The notes under the pieces were generated by a model that was given only the letters and a program-made list of their open reading frames with translations, was not told the DNA's origin and ran no database searches. Positions 44,854-58,500 of a stretch of DNA of 64,000 nt are shown here, one piece after another; the stretch's first letter is position 1; each line of letters opens with the position of its first letter. The stretch comes from Gordius albopunctatus. Lineage: Eukaryota. A program made the translations under genes and the position numbers. Location of the stretch: assembly GCA_964276515.1 (NCBI GenBank), contig OZ193909.1, forward strand, positions 6,138,001 through 6,202,000, read 5' to 3'.

Positions 44854-47800
44854 TTAATTATCTTATTACTAAAAATTAATTGTATATACATCTTCTTCTA
44901 TTAAACATGCACTAATAAAGTCATGTATAGATAGTTTTAAATTAGTAAATTTTTATCTAAAATTAAATCTCAATTTAATTGTGTTTTTTAATTATTTATT
45001 TCAATTAGCCCAAAACTAACAAGGGTCCCATAAATATCATCAAGTTTTTCCTTATAGTGTGTAGTTTTTTTAATCAATAAAGAAGGGCATTTTGATTCAC
45101 GCAACTGAGGGGACACTAACAGAAGTCCTATTATTTACATTTATTTATCCATTCTGACGAAAAATTAAATTTTTTTGTCAATGGGGTGAGGGGGTTTCTA
45201 ACTGAATGCAAGGTCAAAATAAATATTCCTATATGGTTTAATATATAGTAAATGGATATAAATTATACATATATATACATATAATAATTGTTATAAAAAT
45301 CGAAGTGTTTATTAATTAGGGCTGATTTTGGGTGTCGAAGCAAACTCAGGTAAATTACATAACATATAGTTCAAAATCATGTATTTCAAAACTTAATTTG
45401 AGTCTAAAGATGTAAGAAATATGAATTGAGGTTGTTGTCTCTTTATGATATTCAGACTTGATGTGGTGTCAGTGCAGTAATTGTCCAGAATCCTTACCTT
45501 ACTGCAGTCTGCAAAATGGAGTGTGCTATAAATCAAATGTTACGAATTTAACCATTTATGGGTAATTTTATATTATTGAATCTAACGTTAAATTGTTTGT
45601 GAAAGTTGATAAGTGACCAAAAACTAAACATCGTACATCACCTCAAAGTTGTAAGATTCTATAAACGAGTCCTTTTGTTTCACATTTCTATTTTTTAATG
45701 ACGGATTATCACCTAGAATTTTTTTAAATAACCCAAGTACATTCTAGACGAATATAATGCCTACAGGGTTCTCTGTATATAGTTATTTAAAATATATTCG
45801 ATGAAAACCACCTTATTAGAAAGTTTAATGCTAAGGTGATTCTGATTTTGTTTTTTTTACACAATATTTAATATCAACGTGTTACCAAATATTAACGTAT
45901 TCACAGCCTTTCACATCTTAATTATAAAAATAAATCTATTTATCCTTATAAACTACTATATGGTGCTAAAGCTTTAAAAATAAGTTAAGCTATAATTCTA
46001 TATTTTTTCTAATCAATTGTATTTTAGCAAAACGAAGCGGAATATTAATAACAAGAATTAATTGGAAAAAGTCCAATAGCTTAATAATAATCATACTATT
46101 AATTATAAATAAAGGCTTTAAATTAAGTTTATAAAAATTGCATAGGAGCTTTTGAAGGTCTTGGCCTCCTTGGGCTCTAGATGAAACAAAGAGGAGGTTT
46201 ACTAATAAATATAAATTTTTGTAAAATACACAAAACATTTTGGCATAAATGAATTGAAAGATATAATAAATTTAATAGATGTCTTACCATTGAACAATAC
46301 TACTCTATGTGTCCGTTGGGGATGCTAAAATACAGTAGCACAAAATTTACCTTGCCTTATGTATGTTGCAATGACTCTTTGTGGTGCAACACCAATCCCC
46401 ACCAGATGAGACTTAATGGAAATATACGTAAATTAAAGAATATTGATTTCTTATAATGTCTTAAGTCTTCACATACTAATAAATTTTTTTATTTAAAAGA
46501 CGATTTGATATTTATATGATACATCTCTGTTCTAATGAAATAGTAAGATTAATTAATCCAACGCCATATTAGAGGTGTTATACAAATAGTTCCCTCAAGA
46601 CTAGTTATTAACTGAGGATTAGGTTAATTAAAATTTTGAATTTAGTTTTGCTATACAAGTTTACTAAATTAATTAATTACTTCACATTATATATATATAT
46701 ATATTAAACCGAGTTTTAAGGTATGTTATATTTAAATATGTTAGGACTAGAAACCCAATATGAAACCAATGAAAGTATGTGTATATTATTAATTTAAAAA
46801 AATAAATAAAATACTTGTGTAATAATCTTAAACAATTTTTTGGGGTAAAATGTTTTATAAAATAATAATCGGCTTATTGATCATTATGCGAAACTTATTT
46901 AAAATTCAACCCAACTTATTTAACCTAAATGTGTCAAAGGATTTAAGTGTCATTACCATAAAATTTTGAACAAAATTATTGTCAATATAACCCATCGTTA
47001 TCTTGATATAGTAGTCATAGAGAATTAATGGGATATTGCATTTCCATATCATGCAAGAAATATTCAAAGGCAATTGTAGAACATAATGACTAATAATCTT
47101 TTTTAATCGTTTTGATTAACGATTGATGTTCAGAACTTAGAGATAAGAATTTGGTTCTTTAAGTTTAAGGACAAGTTACACATTCAAAATTTCTATTTAT
47201 CAACGGTATATTAAGATAGATAAAATAAGACATATCGAAACACCCTTCGTTCTCACTTCATTAATCCGATGATTTTAATTAAAGCAAAACTTGATCAATA
47301 TATTAGTCTTGTACCACTTCCTTTTAATTTTAATCTCTGTTCATTATATTTTTATTAACTGTCTGTGTTGTAGATTTTTTTATTAGATCATATTTTAAAA
47401 TATGATGTTAGTAAAGTCTTTCCCTATTGTTTTTCCACAAAGCAAGATTATGGTTTTTTTCTAAATTTATTTAATTTAAAAAATAATATAAAAAAAACTT
47501 AATTGATATAAATTAGATATGTTAGTTTTGATAGGAAATATATATTCATTAACGCTAAGTTTTGGCGAGCCTAAGTGAAGTGAGAATAATAGTGGAATAA
47601 TTTGGCGCAAAAATAAATGATGGAGATGAGTGGCGGAGTGTAGAGTAGGGTGAAATAAAGTTGAGTCTTGTGGAAATGAATTGGCTTATTCCAGATGAGA
47701 TGTGTGAAATGGAGATGATCCATGTTAAGTAGTACAGAGTAATTAAATTGGGCAATATTTTGGCGATGAGAATTATTATAACAAGGATAATTACGAATGG

Positions 47801-48429
47801 AGCCGTGGATGATGTATATATGGGGAATCTTTTGATCCATAGAAATTTATAGAATGTTGTCATTACCAGGAATTCATGAATTTTCTTTGGACTATTCTAG
47901 CAAATGTTTTCAGCAATATTTCGTCTATTGGGCATAATTTTGTCAACTCGCCCAAAATATATTGCAGATTGAATTAAAATTTTAATTGTGATATACTTTT
48001 AATTAAAATAAGCGATATTTTTTTACAAAAATACTTTAGTAGCAAAATATTAATTGCATAAGCATTAAATTAATATTTAGATTACAATTTTACTATAAAT
48101 TAAGTGGTTTTAACGCATTTTATATTTTAAACTTATCAACGACAATTTTATTTAGAACTACTAAGCACTTTACCTAATTTATTAGATTCAAATAAGCTTC
48201 AATGCATGTTAAAGCGAGAATTAGGATGGTAGTTTAATAAGTTATTATATAGTAATAAGTCAGCCAGTTTTATTATAGATTAATTGCTAATTTAACTTTC
48301 ATAAATTATAAAATCTAATAAATATCAGTTAAGATAGCCAAAGATACCTGATTTAAGGGAGTCGAGGGTTTCCAGCAGTCACAATTAATTATAGATAAAT
48401 TTTCATGAATTTGATTATATTTTAATTAG

Positions 48430-51190
48430 AATTTCGGACTTGTTTCTGCAATAATTGCAAAGATTTACGAATTTGCAAAACACGAGGAGCGTGTTACTAT
48501 AAGACTAATATCGATGCCATACAAGAACGACGTTATGAATACGGGTATAAATATCTATTAACAATTTATTCATAACGATAGGATTTAAAATTTGTGTGTT
48601 ATAAGCTTTATTATGGTGCTAAAGATGTTTAGAAGTGGAGGATGTGGAAGAGAATTGCGTGATGCCAGTCAATAAGATAAGGCAAAATGGAATTTTTATA
48701 CCAGCACGAAATTGCTGCAACTCTAGTAATTGGTGCAATGCTGTCGGAAACACTTTTAATTCAACTCTGCTATTAAGTATATTATTTAGCTTACGGTCTT
48801 CTATATTAGTTAATATTTTATTGATTTTATGTTTAAAATATGGCAAATTTTGTATGTTCAATACTAAGCATATAAAGATATGTAAAAAATTATAATAAAA
48901 AGTGTATAATATAAGCTTGATTAAGGAATTAATCAAAAAGTCATTTTTCTGAAATTTGGGTAAATAATATTTTAAAAGTTAGTATATAATATTTATGAAA
49001 AGGTGTTTTCAAAGTATCGATTGTTAGCATCATTATTTGTACAATACAAACAGTGAGATGATCAAGTTTGGCAACTCAAAAAAGACCTAGCTTTAAATTT
49101 TATATAAAGCACTTCAAAAACACTTTTATAAATTTAATTTCATTTGTCAAATACTTAAACCATTTTTAGACTATGCAAACTAATACCATCATTCTTTATT
49201 TTTTGTATAAAATTTATTTATTACAAATCGAAAAGACACTTTTATAAGATTAAAATCTTGTTCACCACAATTTTAAATTGATTAACATTTAAAAGTAAAG
49301 TGCAACAATTGATTTGGCCACTTAAGCATGAGTAAATAAAAAAATTTATTTCTTTTGTGCCGAATAAATTCGAATTGTTTAATAGCCTTTATTGACCCAA
49401 CATATGCACTATCTAGACTAGACAGTTAGATCTAATCTTGTATCCATGTCAATCTTGGAGATGGCTACTTCTTTCGGCTCTTTTTAAGGTCAATAAAATA
49501 AAATCATCCTAACTCTTTAAAATAATTGACCTGCTATTATCATTTTATTACATCGTTGTCATGTTTGTATTAAGAATAAGGAAGGCATTATACATTAATG
49601 TGCCAAAACCCTATATTTTACATGCTTAAGGGCGTAAACATATAAAAAACTATACATCTGTTTTTAATTACGGTAATTCTATGTAATTAATAAATGTTTT
49701 GGCAGTAATCAAATAGGCAGGACAAGTAATACTTTATTCATAATTTCGAATATTCACAAATGTTATTTTTATATTAAGCATAATGTTGGAGAATACATTT
49801 TTTGCTTGTTTGAAGAAAAAGGATATAATGCTTCAAGTTAGTGGTGGGGAAAACCTTAGGTCAGGTGAACCTCAGGTCAACCTGATGTGAGGTTTAGGTT
49901 GAGATTGACAACCAAACCTAACCTTAAGGTCAGGTTTGAGGTTTATAAGGACCTCGAGGTTTTTCATATAAGTGGACCTGATGTTTTAAGGTTTTTTTAT
50001 ATCAAAAACCTTGAGGTCCTTATAAACCTCAACCTAACAGAGGTTAAGGTTTATAAAACCTCAGGTTTCCCCACCACTATTCCAAGTTCTAAGGGTTCAT
50101 TTTCTAAGCACATGTAATTGACGCTTTGTTAATCACTCATTTGAATGAATTTTTTAAATTTTAATTGGAAAGAGATGTTTTTATATTATGTTATCGAAAA
50201 TAAATATTTTTTAAATAGATGAGTTTACACTTCGAAGTTTGCGAATTGAAAGAATAAGCAGAATAAATCAAACGGTAAATTACCGAGTAATGTTTTCGTC
50301 AGCCATCCAAGTCCAGTTTAAAATAGCCATGTTTAATTTATTGGACCGAGAATTCTACGAAAAAACAAGCGTGAGTAACATCAGTTTATTTAGAACTTTC
50401 GCATTTTTTCGTATTATCTCATTATTAAAAATACAAATTAAATAAGAAAACGTTTTATTTGTACGTTTTAGTTAAATGGAAACTTTGAATTCACTTCACA
50501 ACTTAATCAAATATATGGATTTGAGTTAATCCCACTTATAAACAATCAACCTGTTTATAAATATAGTAGAGAATTTTATTTTACTAGGCTACATGGTAAG
50601 TCTATAATATTACCATTTTTATGGTAGTGTATTATGTATATTAAATTAACGCCATATAAATTAGAAAGGTGTTTGTAGAACGCTAATAGACTTAAAGGCT
50701 ATATCTTAAATTTAGCATAATGAGAAGAGTGGAAATACCGTTATAGATTCATGTAATTTACGTTTATCTTCGATATTTTATCTATACCTTAGCGCTAATA
50801 TATATTTCGCTTCACTCTATAATGACAGAATTTAAATTTTTGGTGAGCCGTGACTACTAAAGTCCTTTTTTAAGGTTCTTATGACTGTATCTACAATAGT
50901 TTTCGGACATTTTTAATGGATTTTTATTATTGATGTATAATCAAAACTTTTTTCACCATACAGCTATTTATCCAGTGTGGCTCCCGATTCATTTAAATTT
51001 GCCTGACTACGATTACAATGTAGTAGTTTGTGAAAGGTGCCGAGTGTTTAAACTTAATTACCAATGCGACCAGTGCATTAAATTTGACGACATGCGAGAC
51101 AATCCAATATGGTTGAATAATGAAGTCGTTAATCAGAGCAGACTGTCACGAGCAGGAGAAATAAACTATAAACACTTTTTCGGCCTTTAA
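48430..51190 (+). CDS. Candidate gene with an activin/TGF-beta type I receptor-like ectodomain (exons 48430-48544 and 48625-48776) and tentative downstream exons 49717-49836, 50219-50370, 50472-50595, 50793-50842, 50900-51190; no kinase; start not found
   Basis: Spliced peptide FRTCFCNNCKDLRICKTRGACYYK..YEYG|CLEV..NCVMP..RNCCNSSNWCN has ten Cys in the three-finger pattern. Downstream exons are open and phase-compatible but unrecognised. Confidence 0.6.
49839..50079. mobile_element. hAT MITE
   Basis: TIR TAGTGGTGGGGAAA; flanks cttcaagt/ttccaagt; internal aggt/acct repeats. Confidence 0.85.
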
Positions 51191-52304
51191 AAATCCACTA
51201 TAAAATGTTCAATTAATCACGTTTAAAATCTTATGCAATTATAATAATATAGCACTTTCTATAAATTTTTCTAATTGAATCATATAAACTCCCAATTATT
51301 GCTGTAAGTATTTAAGATTTGTGGCAAAATTATATAAAACAGTCTTATTTAGTGTTTAAAAATATAAATAATATTAATAAATGTGGACACATTATATTAT
51401 TAGAAATTATATTTAATTGTAGCCTGAAACTATTTTGAACAAATTGCATATGAACTACTAGCCATTCCTAATTAAAATAAAAACTGGTTTAAGAAATTTT
51501 AATAAATGTTTGTAGATCATATTCTAGTCCATATATCTTAAATATCCCTTTAATAAACGCCAAATGGGCGTTTCACCTTATGAATCACATCAACAATTTT
51601 TTGACTAGAAAACAAATATAAACAAAAGATAATAGTAACGTTGTAAAGTTGATTATATCTTATAATGTTTTAGAAACAAAACAAAATGGCAATCTAAAGA
51701 GAAATTTTCTAAAAAAATTAGTTACAAAAACCAATTAATACAAAAAAGAATCAGGCATTAATCAATTTTAGGGAAAATATTTTATTGGTAATTTATTACA
51801 CTAATCGATACATCTCTAAAGTGTTGAACTCGACAACAGTCCATAAATTATTTATAGTCGGTCGCAAAGTTGTACCATATACTAACTCTACTGCTGGGCA
51901 ATCTAAATCATCCTTTTTTTCCATCGAATCCCAAGCATATTTAAGGAACCAATCGATTTAAATGTATTACCTTGAGTATTTATGGCTAGCTCAATTGCCT
52001 ACGAAAATGTTTTATCATCATAAATTATGAAATGGTGGCGGTTGTTCTGTGCTAAAGCCCTAATCTTTTTAAATGCAAATGCACTTTCCATCTGTGGTCA
52101 TCGCCGCTGGCACTTTATAAATCGATATCGAATGGCTAACAAGCACTTGTTCAACATGCTGAACCATGGTGTATGATATATAAAAAGCAATTTGCCAGCG
52201 ATGAATTAAATGATGTAAGTTTTACAGATGTAGCTGGAAAATACGGCCCATGTAGCGGTGCTATAAGATTAGCAACGCTCGCCCCTTATTAATTTTATCT
52301 ATAA

Positions 52305-55300
52305 CTAGCTGACCCGGCAAACTTTGTTTTGCTATATACATTATTTCTGGCAAATTAACTAACTTACTAAAAGTGTGTGGGGAAATTTTTTGCAGAAGTT
52401 TTATCTAAATTGTAGGGTTATTTTTACAATCGATGGAAAGTGAACGTAAATAAATAATTGCAGGTAAGGAGTTTGTCGAGGAATGCATGGGAGAGAAATT
52501 TTTTTATTTATTGTTTCCTGGGGGTTTGTCTACCGGTTATATTTTCTTAACCACTCTTAAATAATAGCTTTTTTATCATTCGCATCACTTTGTTATATAT
52601 GGAACAAAATTAAGACAGAATTACGGTGGATACATTTTAGCTTTAGCGCCATCTGTACATATTATAATTTAAATAAGAAAATTTTAAACTACCATTAAAA
52701 AAAATTTAAAAACTCAACTAATAAAACTGACAAAAAAATTAATAAGCTGCCATTATTACCACATGGCCATAGAAGCATGTAATTTATTTGGGGACACGAC
52801 CTTGTATAAGTTATGTAATAACAATGCAAATTATAACAACGTATTATATAAAAAGATACAAATGTCACACGTATGGGGACGATGTGGGATCCATATTTCG
52901 GGTCATCAGGGATGGGAAGGCGAGGAGGTAAAACGTGGCCTAGGCTAAGGACTGTTTTTCCCCGAGGGCGGTTTGAGTGGAAGCTGGGTAAAAATATTTT
53001 AATGGATTGGAGAGATAAATACTGATGGTAGTTTCGAATACGTAATTATGGGAATATGCATTTCGATGTAGCAAAAAATATAAAGTGAAAGGTACCTGGT
53101 GCCGCCGGGTGTGAAACAAAGGAGCAGTTCCTTGGTTCAAGTGGTAATATGGCATCAAATGCCATCGCCGGATCATTGCAAAGCCATAGGATATACAACA
53201 TTTTTGGTTTTACCCTCCGGCGCGAAAATAAACAGGTTGTTAGGTGTGCCTACACGGGAGCAGGCTACATATAGTTGGCCATGCGAAAAGCATGGATTTT
53301 CTAGATATAAGCAAACAACGGTTAATGATTGTCACTGGGCTTTATTGATTGTCATCGCAAATGCTAGGCGTACAGAAATTTGTACGCGGTTGAATTCAAA
53401 GGGCACATCGGTAGGGATCATGGAGATGCGTGGGATCACCACGTCCTCGCCTTTATACGTTCCACTGATTATAGTAGCTGCAATGACGTTTGGACACAGT
53501 TGTTTTACGGGAAGTCTGGTGCCATTACACAACCTCGGGGGATGTAAGTTACGCAGGAGTATTATTCAAGATTAATTTATGTGGTGCGAGACCCGAAGGT
53601 GTTAACGAATTCAAAAATTCAACTGGATAATTTACAATTTGATCGGTTTCTATAACCGTATCAATAGAGCTGTAAGTAAAGGGATCACCTGCAATGTGCA
53701 CTTCAATACGATCATTCATACGGGAGACGGCTGCATTTGTTGGCGCTAATATTGCGCGTTCTCGGAGCCATTTGTGATCGGTGTAGTGCGTTGCAATGTC
53801 GGGGAACACCATAGTTTCAACCGCCTCAGGCGATGGCAGTAGGTGACAAAAGATTGTTGGAAAGGTGCTTTCCTTTGGAGACGGGGTAAATGGAAGGGAG
53901 AGTAAGGGACTATCCAGCTGTTGTCAATTTCGACTAAGGCATTTTTTTGACCTCTCTCGCCGGGTGCACGGCGTCTATATAGTGGGTAGCCGTCGACGCC
54001 AATTTTCGTTTCTTGAGTTAGGCGTTTCGGATAACGTTTAAAGCATTTACCTTCTTTTATGCACGGGGACGCGTTATTTATACCGCCGCAGGGTCCGTGA
54101 ATCATATGCTGAGTAACAGTGGTAAACAAAATGGGGTCGGCTAGCTGATCGAGTAATTCTGCACAAATAATTCTATCTATTTGCGAAGGGTAAATGGTGT
54201 CTCGGAGCCAAATGAGAATATGAGCATGGGGTAGCCCTCTTTTCTGCCCCTCGATCGAGTACATCCAATCCAACAGGTAGTTTGCCTGAATATATGAGAT
54301 TTAGCTATAAGATCAATAAAGCAGCGAAGTTTTTGGCGGAAAACACGGGCGGTTAGATCGTGACAATGCGATGGTTTCTGGCCCGCCAACAGTAAATCCA
54401 CAATTCCAGGCCAGGCAGGATTGCAGGTGAAAGTTATAAACAGAGTAGGGCAGCCGAATATACGTACATATGACATCACGTCTGTGTCGGGGACTTCCCG
54501 TATACCTAGCCAGAAGGATGACCATTCAATCAACATCAGTGTTACCATCCTTCGCAATGGCATTGCGCAGGTGAATTTATTGCTCGGCCCGAAGTAATCC
54601 CTGATTAAGGCGGATGTAAAGGAGGCGTTCGCTCTCGATCTTGGCATACATGTCGACAACATATTGGTGAAATAGTTGCCGGCACCGCAAGATGTGGTTA
54701 GGTTGGTTTGCGCGTACCATTAGCCGATACGCGTACAAATTAATCGCCGATACCTAGTAGAAAAATACACGGATCATATAGGGGCACAAAGAATTAGGTG
54801 GTAAATTTGCCCTTGTACTCTAAAAGTGGGCATGAAATCACCATCATTAATAATTCGCGTTGCTCCAAACAGTGTCATTTGAAAGCAAGCGTTGTATTGG
54901 CGAATTTGTTCGAGAAAGTGTTTGGACACAGGAGTAGCCCCAGAAACGTAACTTAACAGCGGTTCCGGTGGCTCTTCCAGAGGTGGTAAATTGACTTTCC
55001 CATTCAAACAACACATTTCACCCGTTTCTGTGCGGAACCGTAGAGCCTGACAATGTACACACAGTGTATCCATTCTGCTAATTTTGACGGAGGGATGGAG
55101 TCTGTAATCATACGCCGAATCATACGCGAAAGCGGCTAAGGTTAAATTGGCTCCCGACGGTTCCAAAGGTCGGCCAGCCAGCGTTGCGCTTTCCGCAAGT
55201 TTCAGCTGCTCTTGACGTGAATGCTCGGTTCCGAAGGTCTGCCAGCCGGGCGTTGCACTTTCCGGCAGTTTCAGCTGCTCTCAACGTGGATGCTCGGTTC

Positions 55301-56166
55301 CGAAGGTCGGCCAGCCGGGCGTTGTGATTTCCGCAAGTTTCAGCTGCTCTCGACGTGGAGGCTCCGTTTCGAAGGTCGGCCAGCCGGGCGTTGCGCTTTT
55401 GGCCAGTTTCAGCTCCTCTCACCGTGTAGGCTTGATTCCGCTTTTTGGCCAGCCAGGCGTTGCGTTTTCCGGCTGTTTCAACTGCTCTCGATGTGGAGGC
55501 TCGGTTCCGAAGTGCGGCAAGCCGGGCGTTGCACTTTTCGCCAGTTTAAGCTGCTCTCGCCGTGGATGCTTGATTCCGCTTTTTGGCTAGCCGGGCGTTG
55601 CGTTTTCCGGCAGTTTTAGCTGCTCTGGTCTTCTTTGCGGTTTTTGTAGTACGTAGAATTTTTGTTAAAGTTTTTTCCAGCCGGGGCATATGAGACTGTT
55701 GTTTATAATAGGGAACAGCAAAAGTAAAATAAAGATAGTTTAGCATTGGGGGGGGGGGGTGCTTAAAACGAAGCACTAGTAAAGTAGGTACCCGATTTTA
55801 GACTTACAACCATTATAACGACAAAATTAAAAAATTTAACATTTTTATTATACTTTTAAATATCTAATTCGAGAAAACTTTAGCCTTGTATGTATGACGT
55901 CATTATTGTATTTCGAGAAAACTTCAGCCTTGTATGTATGACGTCGTATGTATGATTTCATTATTGTATATGATGCTATAAATGAAATTGGTCGGGAAAT
56001 ATCCGATAAATGTCTGATATTTTTAAAACGAAAAGGTATTTTAGGAATCTGAAAAAGCTATTTTACCCCTGGCCGCCCTTGGCATCTACGGCTAAATTTT
56101 CGCGCGAATCGGGTCGGTAGTTTCAGAATTTAGCCCTTATCCACATACATAGATACATACATATAC
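52305..56166 (-). mobile_element. Degenerate autonomous-type Helitron (RepHel pseudogene about 53170-55690)
   Basis: Rep motifs PTLFITFTCNP and EGQKRGLPHAHILIW; Pif1 motifs RLAFAMTINKAQ and HGQLYVACSRV; 3' hairpin plus CTAG at 52305; frameshifts and an internal deletion. The 5' limit is approximate. Confidence 0.9.
55165..55630 (-). repeat. 69-nt (23-aa) tandem repeat, about 7 copies, in the Helitron N-terminus
   Basis: agccgggcgttg recurs about every 69 nt; encodes RAAET.GKRNARLADLRNRAST. Confidence 0.9.
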
Positions 56167-56199
56167 TTGCTGTAGCTTAGAATCGTCCTTACAACATCG

Positions 56200-56990
56200 A
56201 GCGTAACGTCCCCTCCTATTAAACTTGCTCTACAATACGCCATGAAGGCAGGACACTGATTTGGACGATGATTCCTGTCGCAACGTTGGCATTTAAAAAT
56301 TTTGTCGGATTTAAAAGACCTGTGTTCTTGCGTCCTCGATATCTTTTGAACAATAGGAATATTTTCCTGAGTCTCCTTCTCAGCTCTTTCTATCGTTAGT
56401 GCCATGTCTAGCACCTTCTCCGATGTGTGGGGACTTCCGTCCTTTTCCTTACAATTGGGAAAATTTGTCCGAATTTCGAGTTCCAACCGTTGAATATCCA
56501 TCCAAAAATCAGCTGATCTCGAATACGTGCCTCTATGTCTACCTTAAAGTTGCAATTCTGCACAATAGAATTGATTTTACGATAAAAATCCAAAAGCGAT
56601 TCACCTGAGCCTCTTTTCGATCGCATCAGTTCCATTCTTGCTGCAAATGCCGAAGTTGTATTTTTAAATACTTTACGCAAAGCCGAGACAATTTCGTCCC
56701 ATATGGCATCCTTAAATAGTTTTGGATATAAAAATTGAGACACTTTCCTTAAATTGGCCGTGCCTAGGAATATTCTGATCAACTTCTTCCTTGCCACATC
56801 GGATGATAGTCCTATAATGTCAAGGTGAGCGTCCACGTAATCGAAATAGTCTTCGATATTCTCGTTGCTGGAATCAAATTCCTTAAGGATTATCTTTTCT
56901 AGTTTAGAGTAATCTGGTTCTGAAGTCCTCGCAGCGCCAATGATACAATTGAGAACTGATTTATTAGAGAGTAAGTTATATAAGATACGG
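56200..56990 (-). mobile_element. Internally deleted Ty3/gypsy LTR element (gag only)
   Basis: LTR-end-like ...AATAAA...TATCA, PBS-like TGGCGCTGCGAG, gag (CNF..RIRDQLIFG; CQRC..H..CPA), then purine tract ATAGGAGGGGA. Confidence 0.75.
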
Positions 56991-56998
56991 TTGGAAAA

Positions 56999-57267
56999 GA
57001 ATCTGGTGCAAAATGTAATATGTGCAAAATCTAATAATATATTTTAGAAATTGAGACCGGTTTTCACGCATATTCATACGCATGTAATATGTACTAAAAA
57101 ACTACGTAATAAAAGGATACTATAATTGTTAATTGAAACAAAACAAGTTATATCAAAATGTATAATACTATTTTATAAATTAATACATATTATCAAATAA
57201 ATCACTAAATCTAACCCTAACCCTTGCCTATATTAGATTTTGCACATATTACATTTTGCACAGAAGT
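56999..57267. mobile_element. MITE with long TIRs and a 9-bp TSD (Mutator-like)
   Basis: TIR GTGCAAAATGTAATATGTGCAAAATCTAATA; gttggaaaa at 56990-56998 and 57268-57276. Confidence 0.8.
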
Positions 57268-57684
57268 GTTGGAAAAACAACATAGTGAAAATGGAAGTAA
57301 AACTAAAATGCGAAACGATTGATAATCTCGTTTGGGAATTTATATTAAAATACAATATTCAAATATATAGCAGGGGTCATATATGAAATAATTTATAATA
57401 TGAAAGGTCCGAATACTAATGCAAATAAATATCCATATATAAAATATTTATTAATAATTCATTAAAAAATACATGAATAGGTCAAATTGTATGCTAAAAA
57501 ATTAGACATATATAAAATATGGTAAAATTTTTAGACTTTAATAATGATATTTTAAATTAGATTTTGAATAATTATTAAAATTGCTAACAATAAAATAAAT
57601 ATAATAAAACAAAACATATAAGTTGTTGTTTTCCTAATTGTGTAATATTGAAAAATGAATTGGTATTAAATTGACTTAAGCCTT

Positions 57685-58500
57685 AAAATTAAAAAGATAT
57701 AAACATGAAATTAGCATTTAAGATAGCATTGCATTGCTATGAAAATTTAATTATATTAAATATATGGATTTTAAATATGATGAACTTTTCTAAAATTGTA
57801 ATTATTTATTGCTTGATTAATTTAGTATTAAATTTATTGTTAAAAGACTATAAATCTCTGAGGATATTACTTAACTAACATACACTTTAATAAAGTTTAA
57901 AGATAAAAATTAAAAAGATATAAAAATGAAATTAGTATTTAAGATAGCATTGCATTGGTATGAAAATTTAATTATATTAAATATATGGATTTTAAATATG
58001 ATGAACTTTCCTAAAATTGTAAATATTTATTGCTTGATTAAATTAGTATTAAATTTATTGTTAGGAGACTCTAAATCTCTGAGGATATTACTTAACTAAC
58101 ATCAAAATTTATTGTAAGTGAATATTACTTCGAACTTCATAAAAAATGGAACAGATCACAAATTCTACAATTATCCTGTCACAGATCACAAATAAAGATA
58201 TACAGTGAATTGATATGAGAAAAGAATCAACGCTCTGTTGTTACATAATAATTATGTTCTAAATAAAAACAATGATAAAATTTTGTTTTAAGTGATATTA
58301 CTTCGAACTTTATAAAAATGGAAAAAAGCACGAAACGTGAGAATGTGCAAATATTCCTTCAACGCTCTGTTGTTACATAATAATTATGTTCTAAATATAA
58401 ACAATGATAAAATTTTGTTTTAAGTGATATTACTTCGAACTTCATAAAAATGGAAAAAAGCACAAAACGTGAGAATGTGCAAATATTACTTCGAACTTCG
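57685..58500. repeat. Local tandem duplications (about 220 bp x2, then about 132 bp x2)
   Basis: 57685-57880 resembles 57905-58102; 58229-58360 resembles 58361-58492; atattacttcgaactt occurs four times. Confidence 0.85.

Noticed and set aside
48430..48544. Alternative open frame NFGLVSAIIAKIYEF..
   Set aside because: Also open, but the Cys-rich frame splices in phase to the CC..CN exon and gives a coherent domain.
55165..55630. Regular repeat array as a possible CRISPR
   Set aside because: No unique spacers; in-frame 69-nt coding repeat of a Helitron ORF in a eukaryotic context.
58120..58500. atattacttcgaactt x4 as a CRISPR-like array
   Set aside because: Irregular spacing, and the intervening sequences are themselves duplicated.
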